Assembly: GCF_009914755.1 (NCBI RefSeq)
Contig: NC_060937.1
Origin: the human T2T-CHM13v2.0 reference genome, Homo sapiens
Strand: one strand, 5' to 3'
DNA length: 64,000 nucleotides
Shown: piece by piece, positions 30,401 through 47,500 of the stretch
Position numbering within the stretch: the stretch's first letter is position 1
Layout: every line of letters starts with the position of its first letter
Notes under the pieces: generated by a model
The model's database searches: none
Told to the model about the DNA's origin: nothing
The model's input: only the letters and a program-made list of their open reading frames with translations
Program-made: the position numbers and the translations under genes

Positions 30401-33400
30401 TCCAAATACTCAAAATATATATTACATACTGTACATAAAATATCAAAGTACCCAAATTATTTATTATATACTGTACATAAAATATCAGAGTACCCAAAAT
30501 ATGCATTATATACTGTACATAAAATATGAAAGTAACAAAACATTTATAATAAACTGTACATAAAATATCAAAGTACTCAAACTATATATCATATACTGTA
30601 CACAAAATATCAAAGTACCCAAACTGTGTATTATTATATACTGTATATAAAATATAAAAGTACCTGAAATATATACTGTATACTGTACATAAAATATCAA
30701 AGTACCCAAAATATATACTATATACTGTACATAAAATATGAAGGTACATCAAATATATATTATATCCTGTACATAAAATATCAAAGTACACCTATTATAT
30801 ATTGTGTACTGTACATAATATATTAAATCGCCCAAATATATATTGTATACTGTATATAAAATATGAAGGTACTTCAAATATATATTATATGCTGCACATA
30901 AAATATCAAAGTACCCAAAGTATGCATTACATACTGTACATAAAATATCAAAGTACACATATTATCTATTATATAATGTACATAAAATATGAAGGTTCAT
31001 CAAATATATATTATATTCTGTACATAATATATCAAAGTACATCAAATATATATTATATACTGTACATAAAATATCAAAGTACCAAAAATATGTATTATAT
31101 ACTGTACATAAAACATGAAAGTAACCAAACATTTATAATAAACTGTACATAAAATATCAAAGTACTCAATCTACATATTATATACAGTATATAAAATATC
31201 AAAGTACACAAACTGTATATTATATACTGTACATAATATATCAAAGTACCCAGAATATATACCATACTGTACTTAAAATATCAAAGAACCCAAAATATAT
31301 ATTGTATACTGTACATAAAATATGAAGGTACATCAAAGATATATTATATTCTGTACATAAAATATCAAAGTACACCAAATATATATTATATGCTGTACAT
31401 AATATATTAAAGTTGCCCATATATACATTATATACTGTACATAAAATATGAACGTACATCAAATATATAGTATATGCTGCACATAAAATATCAAAGTACC
31501 CAAAGTATGTATTATACACTGTACATAAAAAATCAAAGTACCAAAAGTATATATTACATACTGTAAATAAAATATGAAGGTACCTCAAATATATATTATA
31601 TTCTGTACATAAAATATCAAAGTACACCAAGTATATACTATATACTCTGCATAAAATATTAAATTACCCAAAATATGTATTGCATTGTGTACATAAAATA
31701 TGAAAGTAACCAAACATTTATAATAAACTGTACATAAAATATCAAAGTACTCAAACTGTATATTATATACTGTACATAAAGTATCAAAGTACCCAAACTG
31801 TGTAGTATATACTGTACATAAAATATCAAGGTACCCAAAATATATATTGTAAACTGTAGATAAAATATCAAAGTACCCAAAATATATATTATATACTGTA
31901 CATAAAATATGAAGGCACATCCAATATATACTATATTCTGTATATAAAATATCAAAGTACACCAAATGTATATTATATACTGTACAAAAAATATCAAAGT
32001 ACCCAAAGTGTATATTATATACTGTACATAAAGTATGAAGGTTCATCAAATATATTTTATATTCTGCACATAATATATCAAAGTACAGCAAATATATATT
32101 ATATACTGTACATAAAATATCAAAGTACCCAGAATATGTATTATATACTGTACATAAAATATGAAAGTAAGCAAACATTTGTAATAAAATGTACATAAAG
32201 TAACAAAGTACTCAAACTACATATTATATACAGTATATAAAATGTCAAAGTACCCAAACTGTATATTATATACTGTACATAATATATCAAAGTACCCGAA
32301 TATATAGCATACTGTACATAAAATATCAAAGTACCCAAAGTGTGTATTATACACTGCACATAAAATATGAAGGTACATAAAATATATATTGTATTCTGTA
32401 CATAAAATATCAAAGTACTCCAAATATATATTATATGCTGTACATAATATATTAAAGTCGCCCAAATATATATTATATACTGTACATAAAATATGAAGGT
32501 ACATCAAATATATATTATATGCTGCACATAAAATATCAAAGTACCCAAAGTATGTGTTATATACTGTACATAAAATATCAAAGTACCCAAAGTATATATT
32601 ATATACTGTACATAAAATATAAAATACCCCAAATATATATTATATGCTGTACATAAAATATCAAAGTACACAAAATATGTATTATATACTGTACATAAAA
32701 TACCAAAGGACCCAAAATATATATTATATACTGTACATAAAATATCAAAATACCCAAAATATATATTATATACTGTACATAAAATACCAAAGTACCCAAA
32801 GTATATATTATATACCGTACAAAAAATATCAAAGTAGCCAAAATATGTATTATACACTGTACATAATATATGAAAGTACCCAAACATTTATAATAAACTG
32901 TACATAAAATATCAATGTACTCAAACTATATATTATGTGCGGTACATAAGATATCAAATTACCCATACTGTATAGTATATACTGTACTTAAAATATCAAA
33001 ATACCCAAAATATATATTATATACGTTACATAAACTATCAAATACACAAAGTATGTATTATATACTGTACATAAAATAGCAAAGTTCCCAAAATATGTAT
33101 TATATATATTATAAATATGTACATAAAATATGAAAGTACCCAACCATTTATAATAAACTCTACATAAAACACCAAAGTACCCAAACTGTGTATTATATAC
33201 TGTCCATAAAATATCAAAGGACCCAAAATATATATTGTAAACTCTACATAAAATATCAAAGTAGCCAAAATACATATTGTATACTGTACATAAAATATAA
33301 AAGTACCCCAAATATATATTATATACTGTACATAAAATATCAAAGTACCCATAATACATATTATATACTGTACATAAAATATCAAAGGACCCAAAATAAA

Positions 33401-36400
33401 CATTATATACTGTACATAAAATATCCAAATACTCAAAATATATATTACATACTGTACATAAAATATCAAAGTACCCAAATTATGTATTATATACTGTACG
33501 TAAAATATGAGAGTACCCAAAATATGCATTATATTCTGTACATAAAATATGAAAGTAACAAAACATTTATAATAAACTGTACATAAAATATCAAAGTACT
33601 CAAACTATATATCATATACTGTATATAAAATATCAAAGTACCCAAACTGTGTATTATTATATACTGTATATAAAATATCAAAGTACCTGAAATATATATT
33701 GTATACTGTACATAAAATATCAAAGTACCCAAAATATATACTATATACTGTACATAAAATATGAAGGTACATCAAATATATATTATATCCTGTACATAAA
33801 ATATCAAAGTACACCTATTATATATTGTGTACTGTACATAATATATTAAATCGCCCAAATATATATTGTATACTGTATATAAAATATGAAGGTACTTCAA
33901 ATATATATTATATGCTGCACATAAAATATCAAAGTACCCAAGGTATGCATTACATACTGTACATAAAATATCAAAGTACACAAATTATATATTATATACT
34001 GTACATAAAATATGTAGGTTCATCAAATATATTTTATATTCTGTACATAATATATCAAAGTACATCAAATATATATTATATACGGTACATAAAATATCAA
34101 ATTACCCAAAATATGCATTATTTACTGTACATAAAATATGAAAGTAACCAAACATTTATAATAAACTGTACATAAATTATCAAAGTACTCAATCTACATA
34201 TTATATACAGTATATAAAATATCAAAGTACACAAACTGTATATTATATACTGTACATAATATGTCAAAGTACCCAGAATATATAGCATACTGTACATACA
34301 ATATCAAAGTACCCAGAATGTATATTGTATACTGTACATAAAATATGAAGGTACATCAAAGATATATTATATTCTGTACATAAAATATCAAACTACACCA
34401 AATATATATTATATGCTGTACATAATATATTAAAGTTGCCCATATATACATTTTATACTGTACATAAAATATGAAGGTACATCAAATATATAGTATATGC
34501 TGCACATAAAATATCAAAGTATCCAAAGTATGTATTATATACTGTACATAAAATATCAAAGTACCAAAAGTATATATTACCTACTGTAAATAAAATATGA
34601 AGGTACCTCAAATATATATTATATTCTGTACATGAAATATCAAAGTACACCAAGTATATACTATATAGTCTACATAAAATATTAAATTACCCAAAATATG
34701 TATTGTATTGTGTACATAAAATATGAAAGTAACCAAACATTTATAATAAACTGTACATAAAATATCAAAGTACTCAAACTTTATATTATATACTGTACAT
34801 AAAGTATCAAAGTACCCAAACTGTGTAGTATATACTGTACATAAAATATCAAGGTACCCAAAATGTATATTGTAAACTGTAGATAAAATATCAAAGTACC
34901 CAAAATATATATTATATACTGTACATAAAATATGAAGGCTCATCCAATATATATTATATTCTGTACATAAAATATCAAAGTACACCAAATGTATATTATA
35001 TACTGTACATAAAATAAAAAACTACCCCAAATATATATTATATACTCTACATAAAATATCAAAGTACACAAAATATATATTATATACTGTACATAATATA
35101 TCAAAGAACCCATAGTATGTATTATATCCTGTACATAAAATATGAAAGTACGTCAAATATATATTCTATTCTGCACATAAAATATCATATTGCACCAAAT
35201 ATATATTGTATACTGTATATAAAATATGAAGGTACTTCAAATATATATTATATGCTGCACATAAAATATCAAAGTACCCAAAGTATGCATTATATACTGT
35301 ACATAAAATATCAAAGTACCCAAAGTGTATATTATATACTGTACATAAAATATGAAGGTTCATCAAATATATTTTATATTCTGCACATAATATATCAAAG
35401 TACAGCAAATATATATTATATACTGTACATAAAATAACAAAGTAACAAAAATATGTATTATATACTGTACATAAAATATGAAAGTAACCAAATATTTATA
35501 ATAAACTGTATATAAAATATCAAAGTACTCAAACTACATATTATATACAGTATATAAAATATCAAAGTACCCAAACTATATATTATATACTGTACATACT
35601 ATATCAAAGTACCCGAATATATAGCATACTGTACATAAAATATCAAATTACCCAAAATATATATTGTATACTGTACATAAAATATGAAGGTACATCAAAG
35701 ATATATTATATTCTGTACATAAAATATCAAAGTACACCAAATATATATTATATGCTGTACAGAATATATTAAAGTCGACCAAATGTATATTATATACTGT
35801 ACATAAAATATGAAGGTACATCAAATATATATTATATGCTGCACATAAAATATCAAAGTACCCAAAGTATGTGTTATATACTGTACATAAAATATCAAAG
35901 TACCCAAAGTATATATTATATACTGTACATAAAATATAAAATACCCCAAATATATATTATATGCTGTACATAAAATATCAAAGTACACAAAATATGCATT
36001 ATGTACTGTACATAAATTATCAAAGGACCCAAAATATATATTATATAGTGTACATAAAATATCAAAATACCCAAAATATATATTATATACTGTACATAAA
36101 ATACCAAAGTACCCAAAGTATATATTATATACTGTATAAAAAATATCAAAGTAGCCAAAATATGTATTATACACTGTACATAATATATGAAAGTACCCAA
36201 ACATTTATAATAAACTGTACATAAAATATCAATGTACTCAAATTATATATTATGTGCGGTACTTAAGATATCAAAGTACCCATACTATATAGTATGTACT
36301 GTACTTAAAATATCAAAATACCCAAAATATATATTATATACGTTACATAAACTATCAAATACACAAAGTATGTATTACATACTGTACATAAAATAGCAAA

Positions 36401-39400
36401 GTTCCCAAAATATGTATTATATACTGTACATAAAATATGAAAGTAACCAACCATTTATAATAAACTCTACATAAAATACCAAAGTACCCAAACTGTGTAT
36501 TATATACTCTCCATAAAATATCAAAGTACCCAAAATATATATTGTCAACTGTACATAAAATATCAAAGTAGCCAAAATATATATAGTATACCGTACATAA
36601 AATATAAAAGTACCCCAAATATGTATTATATACTGTACATAAAATATCAAAGTACCGATAATACATATTATATAGTGTACATAAAATATCAGAGGACCCA
36701 AAATAAACATTATATACTGTACATAAAATCTCCAAATACTCAAAATATATATTACATACTGTACATAAAATATCAAAGTACCCAAATTATGTATTATATA
36801 CTGTACATAAAATATCAGAGTACCCAAAATATGCATTATATACTGTACATAAAATATGAAAGTAACAAAACATTTATAATAAACTGTACATAAAATATCA
36901 AAGTACTCAAACTATATATCATATACTGTACATAAAATATCAAAGTACCCAAACTGTGTATTATTATATACTGTATATAAAATATCAAAGTACCTGAAAT
37001 ATATACTGTATACTGTACATAAAATATCAAAGTACCCAAAATATATACTATATACTGTACATAAAATATGAAGGTACATCAAATATATATTATATCCTGT
37101 ACATAAAATATCAAAGTACACCTATTATATATTGTGTACTGTACATAATATATTAAATCGCCCAAATATATATTGTATACTGTATATAAAATATGAAGGT
37201 ACTTCAAATATATATTATATGCTGCACATAAAATATCAAAGTACCCAAAGTATGCATTACATACTGTACATAAAATATCAAAGTACACATATTATCTATT
37301 ATATAATGTACATAAAATATGAAGGTTCATCAAATATATATTATATTCTGTACATAATATATCAAAGTACATCAAATATATATTATATACTGTACATAAA
37401 ATATCAAAGTACCAAAAATATGTATTATATACTGTACATAAAACATGAAAGTAACCAAACATTTATAATAAACTGTACTTAAAATATCAAAGTACTCAAT
37501 CTACATATTATATACAGTATATAAAATATCAAAGTACACAAACTGTATATTATATACTGTACATAATATATCAAAGTACCCAGAATATATAGCATACTGT
37601 ACTTAAAATATCAAAGTACCCAAAATATATATTGTATACTGTACATAAAATATGAAGGTACATCAAAGATATATTATATTCTGTACATAAAATATCAAAG
37701 TACACCAAATATATATTATATGCTGTACATAATATATTAAAGTTGCCCATATATACATTATATACTGTACATAAAATATGAACGTACATCAAATATATAG
37801 TATATGCTGCACATAAAATATCAAAGTACCCAAAGTATGTATTATACACTGTACATAAAATATCAAAGTACCAAAAGTATATATTACATACTGTAAATAA
37901 AATATGAAGGTACCTCAAATATATATTATATTCTGTACATAAAATATCAAAGTACACCAAGTATATACTATATACTCTGCATAAAATATTAAATTACCCA
38001 AAATATGTATTGCATTGTGTACATAAAATATGAAAGTAACCAAACATTTATAATAAACTGTACATAAAATATCAAAGTACTCAAACTGTATATTATATAC
38101 TGTACATAAAGTATCAAAGTACCCAAACTGTGTAGTATATACTGTACATAAAATATCAAGGTACCCAAAATATATATTGTAAACTGTAGATAAAATATCA
38201 AAGTACCCAAAATATATATTATATACTGTACATAAAATATGAAGGCACATCCAATATATATTATATTCTGTACATAAAATATCAAAGTACACCAAATGTA
38301 TATTATATACTGTACATAAAATATCAAAGTACCCAAAGTGTATATTATATACTGTACATAAAATATGAAGATTCATCAAATATATTTTATATTCTGCACA
38401 TAATATATCAAAGTACAGCAAATATATATTATATACTGTACATAAAATATCAAAGTACCCAAAATATGTATTATATACTGTACATAAAATATGAAAGTAA
38501 CCAAACATTTATAATAAACTGTACATAAAGTATCAAAGTACTCAAACTACATATTATATACAGTATATAAAATGTCAAAGTACCCAAACTGTATATTATA
38601 TACTGTACATAATATATCAAAGTACCTGAATATATAGCATACTGTACATAAAATATCAAAGTACCCAAAGTGTGTATTATACACTGCACATAAAATATGA
38701 AGGTACATAAAATATATATTGTATTCTGTACATAAAATATCAAAGTACTCCAAATATATATTATATGCTGTACATAATATATTAAAGTCGCCCAAATATA
38801 TATTATATACTGTACATAAAATATGAAGGTACATCAAATATATATTATATGCTGCACATAAAATATCAAAGTACCCAAAGTATGTGTTATATACTGTACA
38901 TAAAATATCAAAGTACCCAAAGTATATATTATATACTGTACATAAAATATAAAATACCCCAAATATATATTATATGCTGTACATAAAATATCAAAGTACA
39001 CAAAATATGTATTATATACTGTACATAAAATACCAAAGGACCCAAAATATATATTATATACTGTACATAAAATATCAAAATACCCAAAATATATATTATA
39101 TACTGTACATAAAATACCAAAGTACCCAAAGTATATATTATATACCGTACAAAAAATGTCAAAGTAGCCAAAATATGTATTATACACTGTACATAATATA
39201 TGAAAGTACCCAAACATTTATAATAAACTGTACATAAAATATCAATGTACTCAAACTATATATTATGTGCGGTACATAAGATATCAAATTACCCATACTA
39301 TATAGTATATACTGTACTTAAAATATCAAAATACCCAAAATATATATTATATACGTTACATAAACTATCAAATACACAAAGTATGTATTATATACTGTAC

Positions 39401-40154
39401 ATAAAATAGCAAAGTTCCCAAAATATGTATTATATATATTATAAATATGTACATAAAATATGAAAGTACCCAACCATTTATAATAAATTCTACATAAAAC
39501 ACCAAAGTACCCAAACTGTGTATTATATACTGTCCATAAAATATCAAAGGACCCAAAATATATATTGTAAACTCTACATAAAATATCAAAGTAGCCAAAA
39601 TACATATTGTATACTGTACATAAATTATAAAAGTACCCCAAATATATATTATATACTGTACATAAAATATCAAAGTACCCATAATACATATTATATACTG
39701 TACATAAAATATCAAAGGACCCAAAATAAACATTATATACTGTACATAAAATATCCAAATACTCAAAATATATATTACATACTGTACATAAAATATCAAA
39801 GTACCCAAATTATGTATTATATACTGTACGTAAAATATCAGAGAACCCAAAATATGCATTATATACTGTACATAAAATATGAAAGTAACAAAACATTTAT
39901 AATAAACTGTACATAAAATATCAAAGTACTCAAACTATATATCATATACTGTACATAAAATATCAAAGTACCCAAACTGTGTATTATTATATACTGTATA
40001 TAAAATATCAAAGTACCTGAAATATATATTGTATACTGTACATAAAATATCAAAGTACACAAAATATATACTATATACTGTACATAAAATATGAAGGTAC
40101 ATCAAATATATATTATATCCTGTACATAAAATATCAAAGTACACCTATTATATA
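27495..40154 (+). repeat. Two 6,330-bp A+B(+10) dimers
   Basis: Markers at 27495, 30802, 33825, 37132 and 40155 (spacings 3307, 3023, 3307, 3023). Confidence 0.87.
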
Positions 40155-43100
40155 TTGTTTACTGTACATAATATATTAAATCGCCCAAATATATATTGTA
40201 TACTGTATATAAAATATGAAGGTACTTCAAATATATATTATATGCTGCACATAAAATATCAAAGTACCCAAGGTATGCATTACATACTGTACATAAAATA
40301 TCAAAGTACACAAATTATATATTATATACTGTACATAAAATATGTAGGTTCATCAAATATATTTTATATTCTGTACATAATATATCAAAGTACATCAAAT
40401 ATATATTATATACGGTACATAAAATATCAAATTACCCAAAATATGCATTATTTACTGTACATAAAATATGAAAGTAACCAAACATTTATAATAAACTGTA
40501 CATAAATTATCAAAGTACTCAATCTACATATTATATACAGTATATAAAATATCAAAGTACACAAACTGTATATTATATACTGTACATAATATGAAAAAGT
40601 ACCCAGAATATATAGCATACTGTACATACAATATCAAAGTACCCAGAATGTATATTGTATACTGTACATAAAATATGAAGGTACATCAAAGATATATTAT
40701 ATTCTGTACATAAAATATCAAAGTACACCAAATATATATTATATGCTGTACATAATATATTAAAGTTGCCCATGTATACATTTTATACTGTACATAAAAT
40801 ATGAAGGTACATCAAATATATAGTATATGCTGCACATAAAATATCAAAGTACCCAAAGTATGTATTATATACTGTACATAAAATATCAAAGTACCAAAAG
40901 TATATATTACCTACTGTAAATAAAATATGAAGATACCTCAAATATATATTATATTCTGTACATGAAATATCAAAGTACACCAAGTATATACTATATACTC
41001 TACATAAAATATTAAATTACCCAAAATATGTATTGTATTGTGTACATAAAATATGAAAGTAACCAAACATTTATAATAAACTGTACATAAAATATCAAAG
41101 TACTCAAACTGTATATTATATACTGTACATAAAGTATCAAAGTACCCAAACTGTGTAGTATATACTGTACATAAAATATCAAGGTACCCAAAATGTATAT
41201 TGTAAACTGTAGATAAAATATCAAAGTACCCAAAATATATATTATATACTGTACATAAAATATGAAGGCACATCCAATATATATTATATTCTGTACATAA
41301 AATATCAAAGTACACCAAATGTATATTATATACTGTACATAAAATATAAAACTACCCCAAATATATCTTATATACTCTACATAAAATATCAAAGTACCCA
41401 AAATATATATTATATACTGTACATAATATATCAAAGTACCCATAGTATGTATTATATCCTGTACATAAAATATGAAAGTACGTCAAATATATATTCTATT
41501 CTGCACATAAAATATCATATTGCACCAAATATATATTGTATACTGTATATAAAATATGAAGGTACTTCAAATATATATTATATGCTGCACATAAAATATC
41601 AAAGTACCCAAAGTATGCATTATATACTGTACATAAAATATCAAAGTACCCAAAATGTATATTATATACTGTACATAAAATATGAAGGTTCATCAAATAT
41701 ATTTTATATTCTGCACATAATATATGAAAGTACAGCAAATATATATTATATACTGTACATAAAATAACAAAGTACCAAAAATATGTATTATATACTGTAC
41801 ATAAAATATGAAAGTAACCAAATATTTATAATAAACTGTATATAAAATATCAAAGTACTCAAACAACATATTATATACAGTATATAAAATATCAAAGTAC
41901 CCAAACTGTATATTATATACTGTACATACTATATCAAAGTACCCGAATATATAGCATACTGTACATAAAATATCAAAGTACCCAAAATATATATTGTATA
42001 CTGTACATAAAATGTGAAGGTACATTAAAGATATATTATATTCTGTACATAAAATATCAAATTACACCAAATATATATTATATGCTGTACATAATATATT
42101 AAAGTCAACCAAATATATATTATATACTGTACATAAAATATGAAGATACATCAAATATATATTATATGCTGCACATAAAATATCAAAGTATCCAAAGTAT
42201 GTATTATACACTGTACATAAAATATCAAAATACCAAAAGTATATATTACATACTGTAAATAAAATATGAAGGTACCTCATATATATATTATATTCTGTAC
42301 ATAAAATATCAAAGTACACCAAGTATATACTATATACTCTGCATAAAATATTAAATTACCCAAAATATGTATTGTATTGTGTACATAAAATATGAAAGTA
42401 ACCAAACATTTATAATAAACTGTACATAAAATATCAAAGTACTCAAACTGTATATTATATACTGTACATAAAGTATCAAAGTACCCAAACTGTGTAGTAT
42501 ATACTGTACAAAAAATATCAAGGTACCCAAAATATATATTGTAAACTGTAGATAAAATATCAAAATACCCAAAATATATATTATATACTGTACATAAAAT
42601 ATGAAGGCACATCCAATATATATTATATTCTGTACATAAAATATCAAAGTACACCAAATGTATATTATATACTGTACATAAAATATCAAAGTACCCAAAG
42701 TGTATATTATATACTGTACATAAAATATGAAGGTTCATCAAACATATTTTATATTCTCCACATAATATATCAAAGTACAGCAAATATATATTATATACTG
42801 TACATAAAATATCAAAGTACCCAGAATATGTATTATATACTGTACATAAAATATGAAAGTAAGCAAACATTTGTAATAAAATGTACATAAAGTAACAAAG
42901 TACTCAAACTACATATTATATACAGTATATAAAATGTCAAAGTACCCAAACTGTATATTATATACTGTACATAATATATCAAAGTACCCGAATATATAGC
43001 ATACTGTACATAAAATATCAAAGTACCCAAAGTGTGTATTATACACTGCACATAAAATATGAAGGTACATAAAATATATATTGTATTCTGTACATAAAAT

Positions 43101-44506
43101 ATCAAAGTACTCCAAATATATATTATATGCTGTACATAATATATTAAAGTCGCCCAAATATATATTATATACTGTACATAAAATATGAAGGTACATCAAA
43201 TATATATTATATGCTGCACATAAAATATCAAAGTACCCAAAGTATGTGTTATATACTGTACATAAAATATCAAAGTACCCAAAGTATATATTATATACTG
43301 TACATAAAATATAAAATACCCCAAATATATATTATATGCTCTACATAAAATATCAAAGTACACAAAATATGTATTATATACTGTACATAAAATACCAAAG
43401 GACCCAAAATATATATTATATACTGTACATAAAATATCAAAATACCCAAAATATATATTATATACTGTACATAAAATACCAAAGTACCCAAAGTATATAT
43501 TATATACCGTACAAAAAATATCAAAGTAGCCAAAATATGTATTATACACTGTACATAATATATGAAAGTACCCAAACATTTATAATAAACTGTACATAAA
43601 ATATCAATGTACTCAAACTATATATTATGTGCGCTACATAAGATATCAAAGTACCCATACTATATAGTATATACTGTACTTAAAATATCAAAATACCCAA
43701 AATATATATTATATACGTTACATAAACTATCAAATACACAAAGTATGTATTATATACTGTACATAAAGTAGCAAAGTTCCCAAAATATGTATTACATACT
43801 GTACATAAAATATGAAAGTACCCAACCATTTATAATAAACTCTACATAAAATACCAAAGTACCCAAACTGTGTATTATATACTGTCCATAAAATATAAAA
43901 GTACCCAAAATATATATTGTAAACTCTACATAAAATATCAAAGTAGCCAAAATACATATTGTATACTGTACATAAAATATAAAAGTACCCCAAATATATA
44001 TTATATACTGTACATAAAATATCAAAGTACCCATAATACATATTATATACTGTACATAAAATATCAAAGGACCCAAAATAAACATTATATACTGTACATA
44101 AAATATCCAAATACTCAAAATATATATTACATACTGTACATAAAATATCAAAGTACCCAAATTATGTATTATATACTGTACGTAAAATATGAGAGTACCC
44201 AAAATATGCGTTATATACTGTACATAAAATATGAAAGTAACAAAACATTTATAATAAACTGTACATAAAATATCAAAGTACTCAAACTATATATCATATA
44301 CTGTACATAAAATATCAAAGTACCCAAACTGTGTATTACTACATACTGTATATAAAATATCAAAGTACCTGAAATATATATTTTATACTGTACATAAAAT
44401 ATCAAAGTACCCAAAATATATACTATATACTGTACATAAAATATGAAGGTACATCAAATATATATTATATCCTGTACATAAAATATCAAAGTACTCCTAT
44501 TATATA
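40155..44506 (+). repeat. Second chimeric A/B unit, 4,352 bp
   Basis: Same architecture and private variants as 23144-27494. One base longer (taccaaaagt at ~42,231 vs accaaagt at ~25,221). Confidence 0.8.
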
Positions 44507-47500
44507 TTGTGTACTGTACATAATATATTAAATCGCCCAAATATATATTGTATACTGTATATAAAATATGAAGGTACTTCAAATATATATTATATGCTGC
44601 ACATAAAATATCAAAGTACCCAAAGTATGCATTACATACTGTACATAAAATATCAAAGTACACAAATTATATATTATATTCTGTACATAAAATATGTAGG
44701 TTCATCAAATATATTTTATATTCTGTACATAATATATCAAAGTACATCAAATATATATTATATACGGTACATAAAATATCAAAGTACCCAAAATATGTAC
44801 AATTTACTGTACCTAAAATATGAAAGTAACCAAACTTTTATAATAAACTGTACATAAAATATCAAAGTACTCAATCTACATATTATATACAGTATATAAA
44901 ATATCAAAGTACACAAACTGTATATTATATACTGTACATAATATATCAAAGTACCCAGAATATATAGCATACTGTACATACAATATCAAAGTACCCAGAA
45001 TGTATATTGTATACTGTACATAAAATATGAAGGTACATCAAAGATATATTATATTCTGTACATAAAATATCAAAGTACACCAAATATATATTATATGCTG
45101 TACATAATATATTAAAGTTGCCCATGTATACATTTTATACTGTACATAAAATATGAAGGTACATCAAATATATAGTATATGCTGCACATAAAATATCAAA
45201 GTACCCAAAGTATGTATTATATACTGTACATAAAATATCAAAGTACCAAAAGTATATATTACCTACTGTAAATAAAATGTGAAGATACCTCAAATATATA
45301 TTATATTCTGTACATGAAATATCAAAGTACACCAAGTATATACTATATACTCTACATAAAATATTAAATTACCCAAAATATGTATTGTATTGTGTACATA
45401 AAATATGAAAGTAACCAAACATTTATAATAAACTGTACATAAAATATCAAAGTACTCAAACTTTATATTATATACTGTACATAAAGTATCAAAGTACCCA
45501 AACTGTGTAGTATATACTGTACATAAAATATCAAGGTACCCAAAATGTATATTGTAAACTGTAGATAAAATATCAAAGTACCCAAAATATATATTATATA
45601 CTGTACATAAAATATGAAGGCACATCCAATATATATTATATTCTGTACATAAAATATCAAAGTACACCAAATGTATATTATATACTGTACATAAAATAAA
45701 AAACTACCCCAAATATATATTATATACTCTACATAAAATATCAAAGTACACAAAATATATATTATATACTGTACATAATATATCAAAGTACCCATAGTAT
45801 GTATTATATCCTGTACATAAAATATGAAAGTACGTCAAATATATATTCTATTCTGCACATAAAATATCATATTGCACCAAATATATATTGTATACTGTAT
45901 ATAAAATATGAAGGTACTTCAAATATATATTATATGCTGCACATAAAATATCAAAGTACCCAAAGTATGCATTATATACTGTACATAAAATATCAAAGTA
46001 CCCAAAGTGTATATTATATACTGTACATAAAATATGAAGGTTCATCAAATATATTTTATATTCTGCACATAATATATCAAAGTACAGCAAATATATATTA
46101 TATACTGTACATAAAATAACAAAGTAACAAAAATATGTACTATATACTGTACATAAAATATGAAAGTAACCAAATATTTATAATAAACTGTATATAAAAT
46201 ATCAAAGTACTCAAACTACATATTATATACAGTATATAAAATATCAAAGTACCCATACTATATATTATATACTGTACATACTATATCAAAGTACCCGAAT
46301 ATATAGCATACTGTACATAAAATATCAAATTACCCAAAATATATATTGTATACTGTACATAAAATATGAAGGTACATCAAAGATATATTATATTCTGTAC
46401 ATAAAATATCAAAGTACACCAAATATATATTATATGCTGTACAGAATATATTAAAGTCGACCAAATGTATATTATATACTGTACATAAAATATGAAGGTA
46501 CATCAAATATATATTATATGCTGCACATAAAATATCAAAGTACCCAAAGTATGTGTTATATACTGTACATAAAATATCAAAGTACCCAAAGTATATATTA
46601 TATACTGTACATAAAATATAAAATACCCCAAATATATATTATATGCTGTACATAAAATATCAAAGTACACAAAATATGCATTATGTACTGTACATAAATT
46701 ATCAAAGGACCCAAAATATATATTATATAGTGTACATAAAATATCAAAATACCCAAAATATATATTATATACTGTACATAAAATACCAAAGTACCCAAAG
46801 TATATATTATATACTGTATAAAAAATATCAAAGTAGCCAAAATATGTATTATACCCTGTACATAATATATGAAAGTACCCAAACATTTATAATAAACTGT
46901 ACATAAAATATCAATGTACTCAAACTATATATTATGTGCGGTACTTAAGATATCAAAGTACCCATACTATATAGTATGTACTGTACTTAAAATATCAAAA
47001 TACCCAAAATATATATTATATACGTTACATAAACTATCAAATACACAAAGTATGTATTACATACTGTACATAAAATAGCAAAGTTCCCAAAATATGTATT
47101 ATATACTGTACATAAAATATGAAAGTACCCAACCATTTATAATAAACTCTACATAAAATACCAAAGTACCCAAACTGTGTATTATATACTCTCCATAAAA
47201 TATCAAAGTACCCAAAATATATATTGTCAACTGTACATGAAATATCAAAGTAGCCAAAATATATATAGTATACCGTACATAAAATATAAAAGTACCCCAA
47301 ATATGTATTATATACTGTACATAAAATATCAAAGTACCGATAATACATATTATATACTGTACATAAAATATCAGAGGACCCAAAATAAACATTATATACT
47401 GTACATAAAATCTCCAAATACTCAAAATATATATTACATACTGTACATAAAATATCAAAGTACCCAAATTATTTATTATATACTGTACATAAAATATCAG

